A stretch of 64,000 nucleotides of DNA, taken from Candidatus Omnitrophota bacterium. Its GTDB lineage: Bacteria; Omnitrophota; Gorgyraeia; JAGLLT01. Position 1 is the first letter of the stretch; each line of letters begins with the position of its first letter. The position numbers and the translations under genes were made by a program. A model generated the notes under the pieces. The model ran no database searches, was not told where the DNA came from, and saw nothing but the letters and a program-made list of their open reading frames with translations. Where the stretch lies: assembly GCA_023140385.1 (NCBI GenBank), contig JAGLLT010000018.1, positions 6,071 to 70,070 on the forward strand, written 5' to 3'. Below, in pieces: positions 41,142 through 49,833 of the stretch.

Positions 41142-42128
41142 ATGAAATTAATAGTTAATGTATCAATAATAATGCCTTGTTATAATGAGGTACAACACAT
41201 TGCAAAGTGCATGGAATCGATAGTTGCTAACGATTTTCCAAAGAATAAATTGGAAGTGCTTATATATGATGGCGGAAGCACTGACAGCACATTAAATATC
41301 CTAAAAGAATATACCCAAAAGTATTCATTTATTCACGTAAAAAGTAATAACCGCAAAATACAGGCGGCAGCTATGAATTTGGGCATTAAAGAAGCTCAAG
41401 GTGATATTGTTATAAGAATGGATGCTCACACTGTTTATGAAAAGGATTATATTTCTCAAGCGGTAAAGCTGCTAAATGAGACGAGCGCGGTAAATGTTGG
41501 CGGGCCTCAAGCTGGTCAGGGCAACTCGTATTTTACGAATAGCTTAGTTATGGCACTATCAAATGCTTTTATTTCTGGTAATGCCGTATATAGGTCTGAT
41601 AAAAACGTCCAACAGTATGTTGACACTGTTTATTTAGGTGCATGGCATAAAAAGGATTTAGAGGCTATTGGAGGCTTTGATGAATCTTTTATGGTTAATG
41701 AAGACTATGAATTAAATTATCGGCTTCGCAAAAAAAGCGGACAGATTTTATTTTCACCCAAAATTAAATCAACCTATTATGCGCGGAGTTCTTTATTTAA
41801 ACTAATTAAACAGTATTTTAGATATGGCTTTTGGAAAGCTAAAACTCTTAAGAAGCACCCCGCGTCTTTAAAAATCAGGCAAATGGCGGCACCGCTTTTT
41901 ATTTTAACATTATTTTTTTCTATAGCGTTCACTTTTTGCCAAAATTACTATTTATTGTGGCTTTTGTCGGGTTGCTATGTAATTGTGTTTGTGTTATTAT
42001 CAAGAAGCAGCCTTAACATGAAAAACATAAAATATGTGCCTGCTGTTTTTTTTATCGCTTTATTTATTCATCTTTCGTGGGGAGTGGGTTTTTTTGCCGG
42101 CCTTATTAGGTGGTGTTTTTATAAATAA
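41142..42128 (+). CDS. Glycosyltransferase family 2 with C-terminal TM segments
   Basis: VSIIMPCYNE, DGGSTD and DAH motifs (GT-A fold DxD-type), followed by hydrophobic C-terminal helices. Confidence 0.8.
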   Translation: MKLIVNVSIIMPCYNEVQHIAKCMESIVANDFPKNKLEVLIYDGGSTDSTLNILKEYTQKYSFIHVKSNNRKIQAAAMNLGIKEAQGDIVIRMDAHTVYEKDYISQAVKLLNETSAVNVGGPQAGQGNSYFTNSLVMALSNAFISGNAVYRSDKNVQQYVDTVYLGAWHKKDLEAIGGFDESFMVNEDYELNYRLRKKSGQILFSPKIKSTYYARSSLFKLIKQYFRYGFWKAKTLKKHPASLKIRQMAAPLFILTLFFSIAFTFCQNYYLLWLLSGCYVIVFVLLSRSSLNMKNIKYVPAVFFIALFIHLSWGVGFFAGLIRWCFYK

Positions 42129-42133
42129 AAAGT

Positions 42134-43120
42134 ATGGAGCTTAATATGAACATTTTTATTACGGGCAGTAGTGGTTTTATAGGTAAACATTTAATTGAAA
42201 AGCTAATAAGCCGGAAAAATGTGGTAACCGGGTATGATGTAACTGAACCTGCAATTTCAAGTGAGTTATTTAAGCATATAGATGGAAATATATGTGATAA
42301 AGATAGCTTAATAAATGCCTTGAATCAAAAAAGATACGATATCATTATCCATCTGGCGGCTAAACATCATGATTTTGGCGTTTCTGAAGATGAGTTTTTC
42401 GAAGTCAACGAAGGTGGAACAAAAAATCTAACAAAGGCCGCTGATGCTTGCGGCGTAAAGAACTTTTTATTTTTTAGTTCAGTAGCAGTCTATGGAGATA
42501 GAAGCAAGCCTGTAATGGATGACGCGGTTTGTGAGCCAGCCTCGTTTTACGGTAAATCTAAACTAGCCGCGGAAAAAGTATTAGAAGAATGGACGGCTGT
42601 GAACAATGAAAGAGTGGTTAATGTAATAAGGCCGGTGGTAGTCTTTGGTCCTGAAAATTATGCTAATATGTACCATTTGATCAGTAAAATTGCTAATAAG
42701 AAATTTATATTTATTGGAAAGGGAAGCAATATTAAGTCAATTGCCTACGTAGAAAATGTTGTTAATGCCGCGTTATTTCTTTTAGATAATATGGCGCCGG
42801 GTATTAGCTATTATAACTATTCCGATGAACCCCAAATGCCGGTAAAAAAGATAGTTGAAAAAATAGCTTATCACGCGGGGGTGAAGATTTCCAGATTTCG
42901 GATACCGCTTTTTCCGGCTTTAGCATTAACCTATTTTTTTGACTTGTTGGAAAAGATAACAGGGCATCTGTTTCCGGTTACTGCCAAAAGAATTAAAAAA
43001 TTCAATACACCGACGCACTATGAGTCAAGAAAGATAAGGCTTAAAGGATATAAACAGTTAGTTTCATGTGATGAGGCTTTCGGAAAAACTCTGAAGTGGT
43101 TTATGGACAAAGGAAAGTAG
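42134..43120 (+). CDS. NAD-dependent epimerase/dehydratase (SDR family)
   Basis: Rossmann motif ITGSSGFIGKHL and catalytic YGKSK (YxxxK) motif. Confidence 0.8.
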   Translation: MELNMNIFITGSSGFIGKHLIEKLISRKNVVTGYDVTEPAISSELFKHIDGNICDKDSLINALNQKRYDIIIHLAAKHHDFGVSEDEFFEVNEGGTKNLTKAADACGVKNFLFFSSVAVYGDRSKPVMDDAVCEPASFYGKSKLAAEKVLEEWTAVNNERVVNVIRPVVVFGPENYANMYHLISKIANKKFIFIGKGSNIKSIAYVENVVNAALFLLDNMAPGISYYNYSDEPQMPVKKIVEKIAYHAGVKISRFRIPLFPALALTYFFDLLEKITGHLFPVTAKRIKKFNTPTHYESRKIRLKGYKQLVSCDEAFGKTLKWFMDKGK

Positions 43121-43138
43121 ATTAAAACAAAGCGGGAA

Positions 43139-43942
43139 GTGAATATGGATATGAATAACACCTTTCATAAAGATAGGGCCGATGAAATTATTCGCAAAAA
43201 AGACGAAAAAGATTTTCATGATAAATTTTTTGCCGAAAGTGCGGAAAGAAAAGCTCAGGAAAAATTTTACGCTAAAGAGGTCAAAGAGCTTCTTTTTAAT
43301 TATGCCATTTCTCAAATGGGAGACTTAAAAGGTAGAAAACTTCTCTATTATGGTTGTGGAATTAATAAAAAACCATTGTCGAAATTTATTTCAGAAGGCG
43401 CAGAAGTAAAGGCTATTGATTTGTCCTCAGAGGCCGTTGAGATTATGAAAAAGTTCATAATAAAAGAAAAATTAAATGATTATGCGGAAATGCTGGAAAT
43501 GGATGCGGAAAAATTATCGTTTGATAATAATATGTTTGATTTAGTATTCGGATCCGCAATAATTCACCATTTGGACATAAGAAAGGCAAGTTCAGAGATC
43601 AGCAGGATTTTGAAAAAAGGAGGAAAAGCTATTTTCATAGAACCCCTGGGGATGAATCCTATTATAAACTTCTATCGCTTAGTAACCCCTAAAGACAGGA
43701 CAAAAGATGAGCATCCCTTAAAAATGGGCGACGTAGATACAGTTAAAAAGAATTTTACTTCTTGCAGACAAAAAAATTTCTTTTTTCTTGCCTTGGGCGC
43801 TTTTTTTTGGAAATATATAAGAAATGAGGCGCTTTTTAGGCTGACTTTTAAGATATTTGTAAAGGCGGATAATTGCCTTTTTAAGGTTGTTCCATTTTTT
43901 AAAAGGTACTGTTGGTGTACTGTAATTACCTTGCAAAAATGA
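43139..43942 (+). CDS. Class I SAM-dependent methyltransferase
   Basis: Motif I-like LLYYGCGIN and motif II/III-like DLVFGSAIIHHL and LKKGGKAIFIEP. Confidence 0.6.
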   Translation: MNMDMNNTFHKDRADEIIRKKDEKDFHDKFFAESAERKAQEKFYAKEVKELLFNYAISQMGDLKGRKLLYYGCGINKKPLSKFISEGAEVKAIDLSSEAVEIMKKFIIKEKLNDYAEMLEMDAEKLSFDNNMFDLVFGSAIIHHLDIRKASSEISRILKKGGKAIFIEPLGMNPIINFYRLVTPKDRTKDEHPLKMGDVDTVKKNFTSCRQKNFFFLALGAFFWKYIRNEALFRLTFKIFVKADNCLFKVVPFFKRYCWCTVITLQK

Positions 43943-43991
43943 TTAACACAATTTTTGTGCTAAAAATGTAAATTGAAAAAAAGTTTTATAA

Positions 43992-45029
43992 ATGACTAAA
44001 AGCTATTTTTTCACCTTCATAATTTGTATCGCGGTTTCTTTTATTGCGACGCCTTTTATCAGAAAACTGGCCCGTTGGGGGGGGTTTTTGGATAAGCCCG
44101 GCAGGCGCAAGGTGCACAGAGAGAGTATTGCCAGCCTGGGCGGTATGGCAATTTTCATCTCTTTTTTGGCGGGCATATTTTTTGTTTATCATATAATGGC
44201 GCTAACGGCTGATAGGAACCTGCTTACCGGCCTTTTGATTGGAGCTTCCGCGATTGTCCTTCTTGGTGTCTACGATGACATAAAGAATGTACCCGCTTTG
44301 TTAAAGTTGGCCGGCCAGGTGGCGGTTGCCTCAATTGTTTATTATTACGGTTTTAGAATTGAAGAGTTTTTTGGCCTGTCTGTAGATACTCCCTTTCTTA
44401 AACTCTTATCCTATCTTGTTACGGTTGGCTGGATAGTGGGGGCAATTAATGCCATTAACCTTTTAGATGGTTTAGACGGCCTGGCTTGCGGCATAACGGC
44501 TATAGTGGCTGTATTTTTGTTTACCGCCTCTTTTATTGACGGCAACTATATGCTTTGTTTTTTGACCGCGGCTCTTGCCGGAAGCTGTCTGGGTTTCTTA
44601 CCTTACAATCTCTATCCGGCCAGTATATTTATGGGAGATACCGGAAGCATGCTCTTGGGCCTAATTTTAGCCCTGGTAGCTATAGAAAGTTCTCAGAAAA
44701 GTACGACTATTATTGCCGTTCTTGTTCCTATGATTGCCATGGCGGTTCCTTTAATTGATACGTTCTTATCTATTTTAAGACGCCTTATTAAAAAAGAGCC
44801 GCTTTTTAAAGCTGACAAAAATCACATTCACCACCGTCTGCTGATGGAGGAGAAATCGCAGATGAAGGTGGTATTGACTTTATATTCCGTTACCTGTTTT
44901 TTTGGTTTGATTGCTCTCGGCGTACGAGGGATAAAGGGTATTTATATGGTTGGCGCTCTGGCTGTTGTCAGCCTGGTTACTTTCAGGTGGATGCGTAATT
45001 CGGGCTTTCTGGATATAGAGGGGAAGTAG
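43992..45029 (+). CDS. Polyprenyl-phosphate N-acetylhexosamine-1-phosphate transferase (WecA/MraY family priming glycosyltransferase)
   Basis: 345 aa polytopic membrane protein with [17 protein letters not shown] and MGDTGS motifs of the MraY/WecA family. Confidence 0.8.
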   Translation: MTKSYFFTFIICIAVSFIATPFIRKLARWGGFLDKPGRRKVHRESIASLGGMAIFISFLAGIFFVYHIMALTADRNLLTGLLIGASAIVLLGVYDDIKNVPALLKLAGQVAVASIVYYYGFRIEEFFGLSVDTPFLKLLSYLVTVGWIVGAINAINLLDGLDGLACGITAIVAVFLFTASFIDGNYMLCFLTAALAGSCLGFLPYNLYPASIFMGDTGSMLLGLILALVAIESSQKSTTIIAVLVPMIAMAVPLIDTFLSILRRLIKKEPLFKADKNHIHHRLLMEEKSQMKVVLTLYSVTCFFGLIALGVRGIKGIYMVGALAVVSLVTFRWMRNSGFLDIEGK

Positions 45030-45049
45030 TTTATGGTCGGTGGGAAACT

Positions 45050-45922
45050 ATGGGTTTAAGAAATAATTTTTCCATACTAAAGCCTGTTGTTAAAGCAAAC
45101 TTTGTTTTCTTACGGCGTTATCCGAGAGCTTTTATTCCTTTCCTGATCACGGCGCTTGCCAGCTCCCTTGTCCTTCTTATTTTATATTTGATTCCCATGA
45201 GCCCCCTTAACAGCCTGCTTGGCCAGCCGGTTACAGACTTCTACGGGGCGCAGTATCTGCATTATCCGTATAATTTTACACTTCTGCCGCGTCTTTTTTC
45301 AAATGCAAGGAACTTTTTGGTTAATCCTTTGATGGGAAGTCTGATGGCGGCCATTGCCGTAGGTATGGTTTGTAATTATCACCGGGGCCGGGAGCCGGCC
45401 TTTTTCAGAAACTTTAATAAGGCCATGAGAAGGTTTATTCATATAGCCGGCTGTATGGTTCTAATGGTGACGGTAAGTTACCTTTTATCGCGGGCGGTTC
45501 CTTATTTGGTAACTAAACTTTTTCCCGGCATTTCCCGTCCGGCACTCATAAATTCAGCCGTCACTTTTTTTGTCCTGGCAGGCGCTGAATGCTTTTTCGT
45601 TTACACCTTTATAGCGATTATGTACAAGAGGATGAAGTTTGGGGGCGCGCTGAAGGAGAGCTTTGTATTTTCAGGCCGCTTATATCTTGTAACCTTCGCT
45701 CTGATTTTTTCCTGCAGACTGCTTGATTTTGGCGCTACTCTTATTGTTTTAAGACAGCCTTACCTGATGGATAGGTTTGTACCCGATATTACTCTTCTAA
45801 TCTTATTTTTCGGGATTATAGTAGCGGTTTTTTCAGATGCTTTGGTATATACCCTTGCTGCTAATTTGTATATCTTTAAAGAGCATATTGGAGAGTCATT
45901 AAGCAATGATGAAGTTCAATAA
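45050..45922 (+). CDS. Hypothetical polytopic membrane protein
   Basis: 290 aa with about 6-7 predicted TM helices. No family recognised. It overlaps the next gene by 17 nt. Confidence 0.35.
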   Translation: MGLRNNFSILKPVVKANFVFLRRYPRAFIPFLITALASSLVLLILYLIPMSPLNSLLGQPVTDFYGAQYLHYPYNFTLLPRLFSNARNFLVNPLMGSLMAAIAVGMVCNYHRGREPAFFRNFNKAMRRFIHIAGCMVLMVTVSYLLSRAVPYLVTKLFPGISRPALINSAVTFFVLAGAECFFVYTFIAIMYKRMKFGGALKESFVFSGRLYLVTFALIFSCRLLDFGATLIVLRQPYLMDRFVPDITLLILFFGIIVAVFSDALVYTLAANLYIFKEHIGESLSNDEVQ

Positions 45923-46775
45923 AAAAATACTTAAATTTTCGCGGGTTATCCTGATTCTTGCAACACTGTGTCTGTCGGGGTGCTACGGCGCCTATGAAGC
46001 GGAGAGGGCCTACTGGCTGGTTAACCGTAAATATGCACGCTTTATAAAGGAGTTTGAAGCGGCGGATGAGGTTGGCCGCGAGAGGCTGATTAGCAATAGG
46101 TCGAAGGAGATAATAGTTGATTTTAGAAAGATGATTATTAGTTATCCCGGCTGGCCGCCGTCCGCTCAGGCCCAGCTGATGATTGCCGGCATATATAATA
46201 CGCGGAATGAGACCGAGAGGGCTATAAGTGAATATCAAAGGGTTCTGAAGGAGTATCCCGCCTTAAATAAACAGTGCGCGAGCGCCGTATATGCTATCGC
46301 CGTCATTTATCAACAGGAGGGTAGTTGGCCGGAGGCCGAAGAGAACTTTAAGAGAGTTATGAAAGAGTATTTCTATACAAATACCGGCTTAAGGGTTCCG
46401 CTGCCGTTTAGCCGTTCTTTAAGAGCCAGAGGCAGGTTTGAAGCGGCGGAAGATGTTTATGGCGAAGCTATCAGTAAATATACAACCTACATTAGTGAAA
46501 ATCCGGATGAGCTCAATGTCCTTTTGGCGTTGGAACAGCTTATTAATTGTTACGGTGATCAGAACCGATGGCAGGAAGCCGTAGACTTTTTAGACAACAA
46601 AATAAACAAAGGCCCGGATACTCCTTTGGTCTTGCAATCTTTAGCTATAAGTGCTACTATATACGAAACGCATCTTGACAATAAAGAAAAGGCCTATAAA
46701 ATTTACCGTCGGGTTGTAGAAAAATTTCCCGATAGCCCGGCGGCAAAAAATATAAAGGAACGTCTTAATTTATGA
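45906..46775 (+). CDS. TPR-repeat lipoprotein (PrsT-like)
   Basis: Signal peptide with lipobox LSGC. TPR-like repeats follow (AQLMIAGIYNTRNETERAISEYQRVLKEYP etc.). Confidence 0.6.
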   Translation: MMKFNKKILKFSRVILILATLCLSGCYGAYEAERAYWLVNRKYARFIKEFEAADEVGRERLISNRSKEIIVDFRKMIISYPGWPPSAQAQLMIAGIYNTRNETERAISEYQRVLKEYPALNKQCASAVYAIAVIYQQEGSWPEAEENFKRVMKEYFYTNTGLRVPLPFSRSLRARGRFEAAEDVYGEAISKYTTYISENPDELNVLLALEQLINCYGDQNRWQEAVDFLDNKINKGPDTPLVLQSLAISATIYETHLDNKEKAYKIYRRVVEKFPDSPAAKNIKERLNL

Positions 46776-46788
46776 CAGAGGGCGGGTT

Positions 46789-47628
46789 GTGAAAAAACAA
46801 GGCACGTTAATTAAGCTTGTTATAATTTTTGTCCTGCTGGTAATTACCTATCTGCCGACTTTTAAGTGGATGATAGAAAGGTTTGAAGAAACAGAGTCTT
46901 ACTATTCTCACGGTTATCTGGTGCCTTTCATAGCTCTGGGGCTAATTTATTGGAAGAGGGAAAGGCTTAAGCAGCTTCAAGCTTCATCAAGCGGCATCGG
47001 TTTTTTTCTTATCGCGGCCGCTCTGCTTATGCACGCCGCGGGGCTTATTTTAAAGATAGGCTTTATCAGCGGAGCTTCCTTGCTGATGGCCTTATTCGGG
47101 CTTAGCCTGTATCTGGGCGGAGCGGCTATTGCTAAAGAGCTTTTCTTCCCCATATCCTTTCTTATCTTTATGGTACCTATGCCCAGAGTGCTAACCATCC
47201 ATATAAGTTTTAAAATGAAACTTCTCGCGGCGCAGGCGGGAACCGTTTTAATTAACTGGCTGGGAATAACGGCTGTGCGTAATGGAAGCATAGTTCACCT
47301 GCCTAACACCTCGCTTACCGTCGGCTCTCCCTGCAGCGGCTTAAGGTCATTGATAGCTTTGTGCGGGCTGGGAGTTTTGTTTGCCTATGTCGCTGATTTA
47401 TCGCGTTTTAAAAAATTTATCCTCTTTCTGGCCTCTATTCCCTTAGCTTTGGGCGCCAACATATTGCGCATAACAATGCTTTTATGGGTGGCCCGCAAAT
47501 ATGGACAGGAAGTGGCTACGGGAAAGTTTCATGACTACTCCGGGATGTTTGTTTTTATATTCGCGCTCGCGGGTTTAATTTTAATCAACAAGGCATTACA
47601 ATGGGAACCGAAAAAACAAAGTACTTAG
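46789..47628 (+). CDS. Exosortase (EpsH/Xrt family transpeptidase)
   Basis: 279 aa, 8-TM topology. Catalytic Cys in VGSPCSGLRSL, conserved Arg in NILRIT, and the characteristic N-terminal Y-rich motif (ETESYYSHGYLVPF). Confidence 0.8.
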   Translation: MKKQGTLIKLVIIFVLLVITYLPTFKWMIERFEETESYYSHGYLVPFIALGLIYWKRERLKQLQASSSGIGFFLIAAALLMHAAGLILKIGFISGASLLMALFGLSLYLGGAAIAKELFFPISFLIFMVPMPRVLTIHISFKMKLLAAQAGTVLINWLGITAVRNGSIVHLPNTSLTVGSPCSGLRSLIALCGLGVLFAYVADLSRFKKFILFLASIPLALGANILRITMLLWVARKYGQEVATGKFHDYSGMFVFIFALAGLILINKALQWEPKKQST

Positions 47629-48242
47629 TAGTAATTATAATTTTAGCTCTCAGCTCTTTCTGGGTGACCTTTGTTTTGAACAGGAAGGGCGAGGTAAGTC
47701 AGGGCAGTTCAAAGCGGATTGAAATTCCCTACAGTTTAGGTGAATGGAATGGTAAAGACGCGGACATCAGCCCCGAAGAGTTGGAAGAGATATACCGGAT
47801 ATTGGGCACGGATAAGGTTATCCTGCGCAATTACGTTAATGATGACGGCAGTATTATTCAGCTTTACGTTGTTTACAGTCAGAAGGACAGAACAAGTTTT
47901 CATCCTCCCGAGTACTGTTATATAGGAGGAGGCAATGCCGAATTAATCGGAAAAGGCTTGGTGCAATTATCACTGTATGATAGTAAGCTGGCAGCTAACA
48001 GGCTTATCTTTCAAACGCCGAAAGGAACTCAGCAGGTTATTTACTGGTACGCGGCCGGCAAAAAAATGTATGCCAGTTATAACAAACAGCAGATTCGCCT
48101 GGTGCTGGATATGCTTAAGGGCGGAGAGTTTCAGGGGCTTATGGTGCGCCTTTCAAGCCTTTCCCGGGAGGACAAGCAAGCCGATGATCTTGTTCATTTC
48201 CAGAATTTTGCTAATGAGATTATGCCTTATCTGAGAAAGTAA
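47601..48242 (+). CDS. EpsI-family exosortase-associated protein
   Basis: 213 aa. N-terminal TM plus a periplasmic domain with EpsI-like motifs (W.G.D...E...LG.D....R.Y....G..I.LYV.YS.......HPPEYCY.GGG). It overlaps the exosortase gene by 28 nt. Confidence 0.65.
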   Translation: MGTEKTKYLVVIIILALSSFWVTFVLNRKGEVSQGSSKRIEIPYSLGEWNGKDADISPEELEEIYRILGTDKVILRNYVNDDGSIIQLYVVYSQKDRTSFHPPEYCYIGGGNAELIGKGLVQLSLYDSKLAANRLIFQTPKGTQQVIYWYAAGKKMYASYNKQQIRLVLDMLKGGEFQGLMVRLSSLSREDKQADDLVHFQNFANEIMPYLRK

Positions 48243-48525
48243 GGGGCGCGCGAAAGTAAAGAAAGAACCAACAGTAACATTTGCAGCCGGTAATGAAATA
48301 GTCAAACTGCGCGAGAAGTTCAGGTGTTTGGACGTCAAAATACCCCGCCTTTAAAGATAAATCCTTAAAATTTATTAAAAGTTTAGCGGCGAACAAGAAT
48401 TTACTTGACTGCCGGTTTTTCTTGTGATAAATTACATTCAATTAACTCTTGCGGAAGGAAGAGAATTACCCTTGCAACTTATAACAAGCATTGGTGTTAG
48501 AGATTGCAGGATAATAAAGGAGGAA

Positions 48526-49824
48526 ATGGCAGTGATGTTAAAACGCATTAGGCTTATAGGGTTTATCGCGGCTTTAGCCGTTACGATTTGTCTTTTTGGA
48601 TGCGGCGCCAGGGAAGATGACGGCCGGCCGAGAATACAAGTTTCGTACTGGGGCGGCTACGAGGAGGTTGAGATTATTGAAGGCATTGCCGGAAAGTGGC
48701 AGGAAGAACACCCCGATATAAAAATAGAGCTCCAGCATACACCGGGCATCTCAAATTATACTAACAAGCTCTTAACCAGAGTGGCCGGAGGGGCGCCCCC
48801 TGACGTTTCTTTCGCGGAGGTAAAAGTTTTTGTAGACTTTGTAACCCACGACCTGTTTCTTGACCTGAAACCTTTTATTGAAAAGGATCCGAATTTTGAT
48901 ATTGGAGACTTCTTTCCCGATGTAGTCAAGAGGTTTACCAGAGACGGCAAGATTTTGGGCATTCCCCGGGATACGGCGCCATTTGCCTGTGTTTATTATA
49001 ACAAGAGACTCTTTGACGAGGCTGGTTTGGAGTATCCCACTGATGATTGGACTATGGAAGAGATGTTAGAAAAGGCTCAGGCCTTAACCAGAAAAGACGC
49101 CAAGGGAAGAACGGTCCAGTATGGTTTTTGCAGTCATTTTTTTGAGAACTTTATTTATGCTTACGGCGGCAGGCTGGCCGATAGCGTTGATAATCCCACT
49201 AAGTGCGCCCTTAGTGATCCGAAAACATTAAAGGGCCTCCAGTTTTATACTGATTTGTATACAAAATATAAAGTTTCCCCTAATCCGGAAGCTTTAAGCA
49301 GTTCCGGTAAAAGCGCCAATCAGCTCTTTATGACCGGCCAGGTGGCTATGTATAATTCAGGTGTTTGGGAAAGTCCGGCGTTGAGAGATATTAAGAACTT
49401 TGACTGGGATATAGTTATGTTTCCTAAAGGCCCTGGCGGCAGGAGAGCTTTTGGAACGGGGGGCAGCGCTTACTGTATTTTAAAGACGACCAAAAACCCC
49501 GAGGCCGCCTGGGAGGTAGTAAAAGCTCTTGCAGGAAATGAGGGGCAGATTATGATGGCTAAAAAAGGGTTGGCGCAGCCCGCGAATATCAAGATTGCGG
49601 AAGGCCCCTACTGGACAGGTGATCCCAAGAAGCCGCTAAATAAGGGGATGTTAAATGAAGCGGTTGAATATGTAGTTTACTCTCCTTTTCATCCCAAATG
49701 GAGAGAAGCTGAAGACAAGTATATACGTCCGGAGCTTGATTACCTGCTTCTGGGTGAAATAGACGCGGAAGAGTTTGCTAAGAGGGTAAGTCCCAAAGTA
49801 GACAAATTACTTAAAGAGGAGTAA
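48526..49824 (+). CDS. ABC transporter substrate-binding lipoprotein (family 1, carbohydrate type)
   Basis: Signal peptide with lipobox LFGCGA and a sugar-SBP-like fold. Start assigned at ATG 48526 or 48535 after RBS AAGGAGG. No cognate permease or ATPase genes are adjacent. Confidence 0.7.
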   Translation: MAVMLKRIRLIGFIAALAVTICLFGCGAREDDGRPRIQVSYWGGYEEVEIIEGIAGKWQEEHPDIKIELQHTPGISNYTNKLLTRVAGGAPPDVSFAEVKVFVDFVTHDLFLDLKPFIEKDPNFDIGDFFPDVVKRFTRDGKILGIPRDTAPFACVYYNKRLFDEAGLEYPTDDWTMEEMLEKAQALTRKDAKGRTVQYGFCSHFFENFIYAYGGRLADSVDNPTKCALSDPKTLKGLQFYTDLYTKYKVSPNPEALSSSGKSANQLFMTGQVAMYNSGVWESPALRDIKNFDWDIVMFPKGPGGRRAFGTGGSAYCILKTTKNPEAAWEVVKALAGNEGQIMMAKKGLAQPANIKIAEGPYWTGDPKKPLNKGMLNEAVEYVVYSPFHPKWREAEDKYIRPELDYLLLGEIDAEEFAKRVSPKVDKLLKEE

Positions 49825-49833
49825 TTTTTTGAG

